Assembly: GCF_001194135.2 (NCBI RefSeq)
Contig: NC_069000.1
Location: forward strand, 26,255,753-26,298,517
Origin: Octopus bimaculoides
Taxonomy: Eukaryota
DNA: 42,765 nucleotides
Direction of reading: 5' to 3'
In this document: positions 36,569-42,765 of the stretch, one piece after another
Numbering within the stretch: the stretch's first letter is position 1
How the letters are laid out: each line of letters starts with the position of its first letter
Translations under genes and position numbers: made by a program
Notes under the pieces: model-generated
Seen by the model: the letters and a program-made list of their open reading frames with translations, nothing else
What the model was told of the DNA's origin: nothing
Database searches by the model: none

Positions 36569-37518
36569 CCATCCATCCTCACCACCTACTATTTCTGGAA
36601 GAGTCATGGAAGCAGAGTCCTCCATAGAGTCCTATCAGAAGCAATTGTCATTAGACTTTCCAGCTAGATTTCTAAGCATGACCAACTGAGACTATGGATA
36701 TTATCCAATCATCTCGTTCTTTGTCTACCCCTAGGTCTCTTACTGATTACTTTTGTTTGAAGAATCTGTCTTGCAGTTCTGTCATGCAACATTATAACCA
36801 CATGCCCATAGTACCGGAGTTGTGACCTCTCAAAGCGGAGAAGTAGTGACTTGACCTCAAGAGAGCCCTGATCTCCAAGCAACATACTTTTACAAATTAC
36901 ATTACTTGAAAGATCCTTCAGAGGAACTCCATTTCGGCTGCTTGTATTCGCGATCGTACTCTTTCAGTCATTGCCCAACTTTTATGACCATAGGTGAGGA
37001 AAGGCATGGAAACCAAATTGAAGATATCAAGTTTGGCATTTTTCTGCAGATCGAATGCTGGAGCTGACGCATTGCTGTGCCAGCACCTGTAATTCTAGCA
37101 TCCAGTTCAACCTCCTGCTCTCTATCACGCATGAATATGGTCCTGAGATATTTAAACTTGTCCCCTTGTTTCAGTAATGTTCCACTTGCATGCAAAATGC
37201 ACTGGAACGAGTTTCCTAAGTGGACCAATGTTTCATTTTGCAACAGCTTTCTCATCCCTGCTTTGCTGCACTCAGTAGTGAACTGATTCAGTGCAGCCTG
37301 AAAATAATCTTCTGATGAGTCAAGGAGCACCATGTCATCTGCAAATATTAGCTGACTGATCCTACACCCACTGATTGGGATACCACTTCCATACCAGCCA
37401 CGCATGTCAATCTAATTCATGAAAATTATGAAGAGGAGAGGTGATGACTCTTAACCCTGCTGAAGTCCAGCACCCACATTGAAAGTTTTCAACTTAACAT
37501 CATTTACCCAGGCATTCA
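36569..37518 (-). mobile_element. RTE-clade LINE (Rex3/Expander-like), 5'-truncated, with 11-bp TSD
   Basis: VGAGLQQG, CRISQLIFADDMVLL, FKYL, EVELDARI; GGATGGATGG tail; TATGTTTAGAA at 36558-36568 and 37519-37529. Confidence 0.85.
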
Positions 37519-37980
37519 TATGTTTAGAATCCGTTTTTGTTTAAATTTGATCTCTAGGTCAAGTTTCGACAGATCTTTTCCGTTTGACTCACAGTTTTTG
37601 AAATTTTAAAATTAAGTGAAAATTTTAAAATTTTGCATATTGATATAATTTTTCAAGTTGAATCTGATGTTATTATTCAATTGTGCCAGAAAATTTTTTG
37701 TAAACTGTCACAAAGGTTTAAAGTTTGATTATTTTTACCCAATCAGAAAACAGGATTTGGAATCTGGCATTTTCTGCATGATAGCTGTCTATGACAACAT
37801 TAGACAAAACATTACATTGATATCGACAACGGAAGTTTTGAATAGCTTTAATGGAAGCTATTTTTGTTTTGTTTTTTTTGAGAAAAATTAAAGAAAAAAA
37901 GCAAAATGAACATTAAACTACACAAAAAAAACTATAGTTCAGTTCATATAAGTGAAATTTGTAGCAAAAATTCAAAAACA

Positions 37981-38410
37981 AAAGTTTGCGATACACTGTA
38001 GGAGTTTGTCAAACATATTACAATTCTCATATCTCCTGCACCTCATAAACTTGCAGAGATATGAATCAACCACAAAACTGTTGGTGCGACAGCATCATTT
38101 GTTACTTCATTTTACAGAGGCTCGTGTGCTTTCCACTTGTTGCATGTGAATACCATCTTTCAAGTCAATAAACTCAATGCTGACGTTCATTGTTCTATGT
38201 CGAAAATTATAACCATCAATTTCAGGAACGTGAGTGGTTCCTGGAAAAATTGACAAACACATCCATTTCTCCTGTATGTCATGACTGCAACATAGCACCG
38301 CATAAAGAAAAGTGATACACTCCTTCGAAAACCTATTGCTCAGGTAGCACCCTTCCTTGGTTGTATTTACATCTTGAGAAGACTGTTTCGTTTATCTCAA
38401 CAATCTTTTT
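37981..38410 (-). pseudogene. Merlin (IS1016/ISXO2-like) transposase remnant
   Basis: IVEINETVFSRCKYNQGR..EQ*VF, IFPGTT, TMNVSIEFIDLKDGIHMQQVES, DSYLCKFMRCRRY..FDKLLQCIA. These match the VEIDES/KYNRGR/TVNHS.NFVDP/YL.EFMWR pattern. Confidence 0.8.
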
Positions 38411-38413
38411 ATT

Positions 38414-38518
38414 GCAGACTATACCTTGACTTGTAACTATGGAAACAGAAACCAATATGTCTGTAGCTTTTGGTTAACTAAAGCAGACTATGCCTTGGCT
38501 TGTTATGTGGGAATAGAA
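38414..38518. repeat. 69-bp-period repeat, ~1.4 units (copy A)
   Basis: GCAGACTAT(A/G)CCTTG(A/G)CTTGT at 38414 and 38483. Confidence 0.8.
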
Positions 38519-39237
38519 TTTCTCTACGTAGTTGAGATTCAAAACCAAATATGGAAATTCTCCCAAGCCATACGGCCCATTGTCCCGTCAAAAAGGAACT
38601 CTGATCTATGTGTTTTCCACTTGACTCATAATTTTTCTATACCATGGAAAGTTCAGATAAATAACAAGTGACCTACATTGACTTAGCCATGGTTATAACA
38701 GTATATCCATTTTTGTAGCTGGTCTATACCAGTAGAAATATGAGCATTCTCTAAGGAGAAAAACAGACAGAGAGGTTGACTGCCACAACAGAGGTACCAT
38801 CACAAGGCAGAGCTATAGAATGGAATTCACCAGTGATACAGTTGACTTGTCCACTACCCTCTCAGTTTCTTATTCGTTCAGTTTTCACGTCAGTAACATC
38901 ACTCTATCTTTCTATTGACTGCTGCTAAAATGACAAGGAACATATAAGTCTCATGCTATCTACTTTTTAAACTTACAAGCACATACATTTACTCTATCAC
39001 TCTCTGGCCCCTATTCTACCATCTAGTAGTTGGCAAGCATGAAGCAGCAACATTCCTTCAAGAAAATATAACTTTTGATATGTAGTATGCATTCCGATTA
39101 TTTATAGACATGGCTGCCCATCATAGTTTAACTTTACATAATATGTATGAATAAATTATGTTATCAACAACTTCAGCCACTGTCCTTCTTTCATGAAGTC
39201 AGCATCAGCATCCTCTTCTCCAACATAACCACATCAT

Positions 39238-39329
39238 TACACCTTGGCTTGTTACTATGGAAATAGAAACCAATATGTCTGGGGCCTTCGGTTGGCTAAA
39301 GCAGACTATACCTTGGCTTGTTACTAAGG
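39238..39329. repeat. 69-bp-period repeat, ~1.3 units (copy B)
   Basis: ACCTTGGCTTGTTACTA repeated with a 69-bp period; the GAAACCAATATGTCTG spacer is shared with copy A. Confidence 0.8.
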
Positions 39330-40201
39330 TATAGTCAGCTAAAATTACCCAAAATTTGCAAACTTTAAAAGTTTCTAACCTTTTATTTATTAATTTATGG
39401 CAAAAAATGAATTCCATTTCCATAATTAGCATACAAAACTACACCAATACGCCAAATTTGAAATTCTTAAGCTTAATCAGTGGTGGAAGGTTACAATGCC
39501 CACAGTCCTTCTTCAGGTTCTCTGTGACTAATGGAAAGAAGAGAGAAATTAACTTAACCTGAAAGTATGCTAACAGAACGTAAAGATGATTGTGTTAAAT
39601 GGAGAGTCTGTTACTCAAGAACATGATAATCCCTTCAACAGGCATCCAGAACCAGAAATTTAGTTGACCTGAAGCTACAATAGAAGACTTATCTTCAATA
39701 TTGTGTAGTAGAATGAACTCGTAGCTGTAAAGTTACGATGCCAACTTTTTAAGCCCGCAGATACGTTTATATTTATTAAACTTGATAAAAGAAAATACTT
39801 CAGTGTCACGTGTACTGCTTATCATGAAATACTGACTATTTGGAAGTTTTACAAAGAAAAAGGATGGACTGTGTCATCAATGACAAAGGATAAGTGTAGG
39901 AAATAGTGAGTTGAACGTTAGTATAGAAGAGGATCAGTGAAATAATTGAAACTCGGCATAACTATCAGACAGAGGTGGTGGTTCTATCAAAATATTTGTT
40001 GTGGTGAAGTAACTTCTCACAAAGTTTTCAATTTGTGAAATTATACTGAGTAGAAGATTTTGCGAAGATCATCATAATAGATATGCTCACAGGCTTTACC
40101 TTGTTAAGAAGAAGATTAATTTCTGTCAATGTTCCCAAGGCCAATAGAGAGCATTAGAGTGTCACATGTGAGAACAGGACTTCAGAAAACATTGCATTAT
40201 T

Positions 40202-42765
40202 GGGTCGTTCCATGCAAAATCAACGTAGATGATGAAGGTGACCGAAACCGATTTCTTTCAAACTTTGCATGTTAAATGGCCTTCATGTGAAGCCTTTAAT
40301 TATGAAATATTTTTTACTTGACTCTAATATTTACTGAGTTATGACCATTTTAAATTTTCAAAAAAGTGACATTTTTTCAGTTATTCAATAATTTGAGACA
40401 TCATATCTCACCTACTACTTGAGCTAGAAAGCTCAATTGTTTTTTGTTTGTTTTTTTTCATTTTATAGCACTTAAATAGATCTACAACTTTAGTTTAGAG
40501 TATTCTTTCATTAGAATTTTTAAAAAGTCGACCTAAAATTTGACCTTTAACCTTTCATAGGTCAAAAGACATGGTCATTGATGTTTTTTGAAATTTTGTC
40601 CAAATATTGCCCTACTTAGTCAAAATTCACACTTGTATCTCTTTTAACTATGGTTCATGTTATACAGCCAAATTAAATAACTTAATTCTTTTTTTTTTTT
40701 TTCAGATTAGATATATATGAACAGTTTAGTTAATTTCTGGTTACAGATGGATGTAAAAGAAAGATTTTTAGCTAAGCAAGAAAAGTGTTGTGACCCATTT
40801 GAAAAGCAAAAAGCACCTGTGAAAAAGGGTTTAAGGACATTACCTGCAGATTTTGCCACAAAAGCAAACTTAATTCCTGGATAAAAAATATATGACCCTT
40901 GCAGAAAAATTTTGCCCACACTTCAAATTGAACCATCATTAGAAGATACAAGAGATGATACANNNNNNNNNNNNNNNNNNNNNNNNNNNNNNNNNNNNNN
41001 NNNNNNNNNNNNNNNNNNNNNNNNNNNNNNNNNNNNNNNNNNNNNNNNNNNNNNNNNNNNNNNNNNNNNNNNNNNNNNNNNNNNNNNNNNNNNNNNNNNN
41101 NNNNNNNNNNNNNNNNNNNNNNNNNNNNNNNNNNNNNNNNNNNNNNNNNNNNNNNNNNNNNNNNNNNNNNNNNNNNNNNNNNNNNNNNNNNNNNNNNNNN
41201 NNNNNNNNNNNNNNNNNNNNNNNNNNNNNNNNNNNNNNNNNNNNNNNNNNNNNNNNNNNNNNNNNNNNNNNNNNNNNNNNNNNNNNNNTATACATTTCTT
41301 TTCGTCTTTTAAGATAAAGCAGTTAAACCACTGCTGACGTCACATGAAACTAAGCTGTGATTCTATAGCGCTTCGTCTCCAGTTCTGAGAAAAATCCAAA
41401 AGGTGTTCAGACAAGCTAAAAGGTTGGTCAATGAGCAAGGGATTTTATCACATCCTAACCATAGGAAAAGCACATTTCTTCAAGAAACTGCCAATTGTGT
41501 TTCTCAGTTTTATAAAAATGAAGTAAGCAGAGTTATACCATGGATAAAGGATTAAAAATCAGTAAAAATTGATGGCAAAAGAGTCCATGAGCAAAAGTAC
41601 CCCATACTTTGTAACTTAAAGGAAGCCTTCCAGTTGTTTAAATAAAAAAATCCTGAAATCAAAATTAGTTTCTCAAAATTTACTGAGCTAAGACCCACAG
41701 AATGCATACTTGCAGGTAGTGCTGGTACACATAATGTGTGTGTATGCACCATTCATTGGAATGTCAAACTAATGATTTCTGGCATGAAACTATCTGATTT
41801 AACCAAGAATATGAAGTTTCACTTGATTGATTATAAACAAAGTTTGGAATCAATTACTTGCAATCCAACAACAAACAACTACTATATGGGCAACCTGTTC
41901 AAATTGTAATTCTGCTAGAAGACCTTGAAAAATTCTTATATGAAATGTTTATTGTGAATATGATTGATGAAGTGCAGTATAAGCAATGGCTAACAACAGA
42001 CAGAACAATCCTAGAAAATATATCAAAATCAACAGATGATTTTGTTGAAATTTTCTGTCAAAAGCTTAAAGCACTTAAAGTACATGATTTCCTTGCAAAG
42101 GAACAATCTAAATTTTGTACTTCAAGAAAAGAATCTTTAAGTGAAGGAGAAATCTTAGTCATAGCAGATTTTTCAGAGAATTATTCATTCATCTGTACAA
42201 GGATTTCATAGGAACAATGCCCAAGCCACTATCCATCCATTTGTCTGTTTTTATAAACAAAACAATGATGTGACTAACATCAATATTGTTATTATATCCA
42301 GCTGTATGAAACATGATATAGTAGCAGTCCATCTCTTCCAAAAAAGCTGACAGATTTTCTTTGGAGCAAAGCCTTCAATATCAACAAAATCATCTATTTT
42401 TCAGATGGTGCTGCTTCACAATATAACAATTGTAAGAATTTTATGAACTTATGCTACCATTCTATGGATTTCCAAACTGATGCAGAGTGGCACTTCTTTG
42501 CTATTTCTCATGGCAAGGGACCTTGTAATGGCTTAGGAGGTACAATTAAACAAATGGCAGCTCAGGCAAGTTTACAATGCCCTTTCAATGAACAAATCAT
42601 GACTCTAAGACAGCTTTATGATTCTGGTCAGTAAAACATTCCTGGAATTAATTTTATCGGATCTTTTTTAAAACGGGGGTCACATTTTTCATTAACGAAA
42701 CACTTTGAAACTTGGAACACTGGTAGAATGTGTCATATAAAACATCTTTTTCTCTTAGTCTTCTT
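40202..42765 (+). mobile_element. DNA transposon, probably Sola2, with decayed transposase from ~40747; runs off the window end
   Basis: Left end GGGTCGTTCCATGCAAAATCAAC. Motifs CCDPF, THNVCVCTIH, ADFSENY, KHDIVAVH, YFSDGAASQY.N.KNF, EWHFFAISHGKGPCNGLGG. The superfamily label comes from recalled motifs, not a search. Confidence 0.72.

Noticed and set aside
38414-39329. CRISPR-like repeat-spacer array (also the 35-bp x3 repeat at 34050-34152)
   Set aside because: Spacers are homologous rather than unique, there are too few units, the context is eukaryotic and no cas genes are present.

Overview
This is an AT-rich, microsatellite-dense animal genomic window with eight assembly gaps (780-878, 9752-10011, 10930-11855, 12999-13008, 16683-17508, 30290-30614, 33635-34021, 40963-41288). 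I found no confidently identifiable host gene, rRNA, tRNA gene or CRISPR array. It is almost entirely transposon debris. The SINE family and the (CA)n/(TA)n/(TATG)n density resemble an Octopus-like cephalopod genome; this is inferred from recalled repeat sequence, not from a search. Elements present are an internally deleted Helitron, three R4/Dong-like RLE LINEs, three RTE-clade LINEs plus a small fragment, two coding Gypsy-type LTR remnants, a non-coding LTR element with a tRNA-Trp PBS, a Tc1 with DD36E spacing, a DD34D mariner, a hAT, a Merlin, a probable Sola2 and several SINEs. The observations most worth following up are: (1) a candidate minimal hammerhead ribozyme (18078-18120, minus); (2) a hairpin-rich ~357-bp unit arranged as permuted tandem copies in a large inverted repeat (13045-13955); (3) all three R4-like LINEs ending on a (TACA/CATA)n microsatellite; (4) an RTE 3' ORF with three C2H2 fingers that is intact while its 5' part is broken. 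Coordinates were read by eye. TIR, TSD and motif positions should be within a few bases; decayed element ends are approximate.
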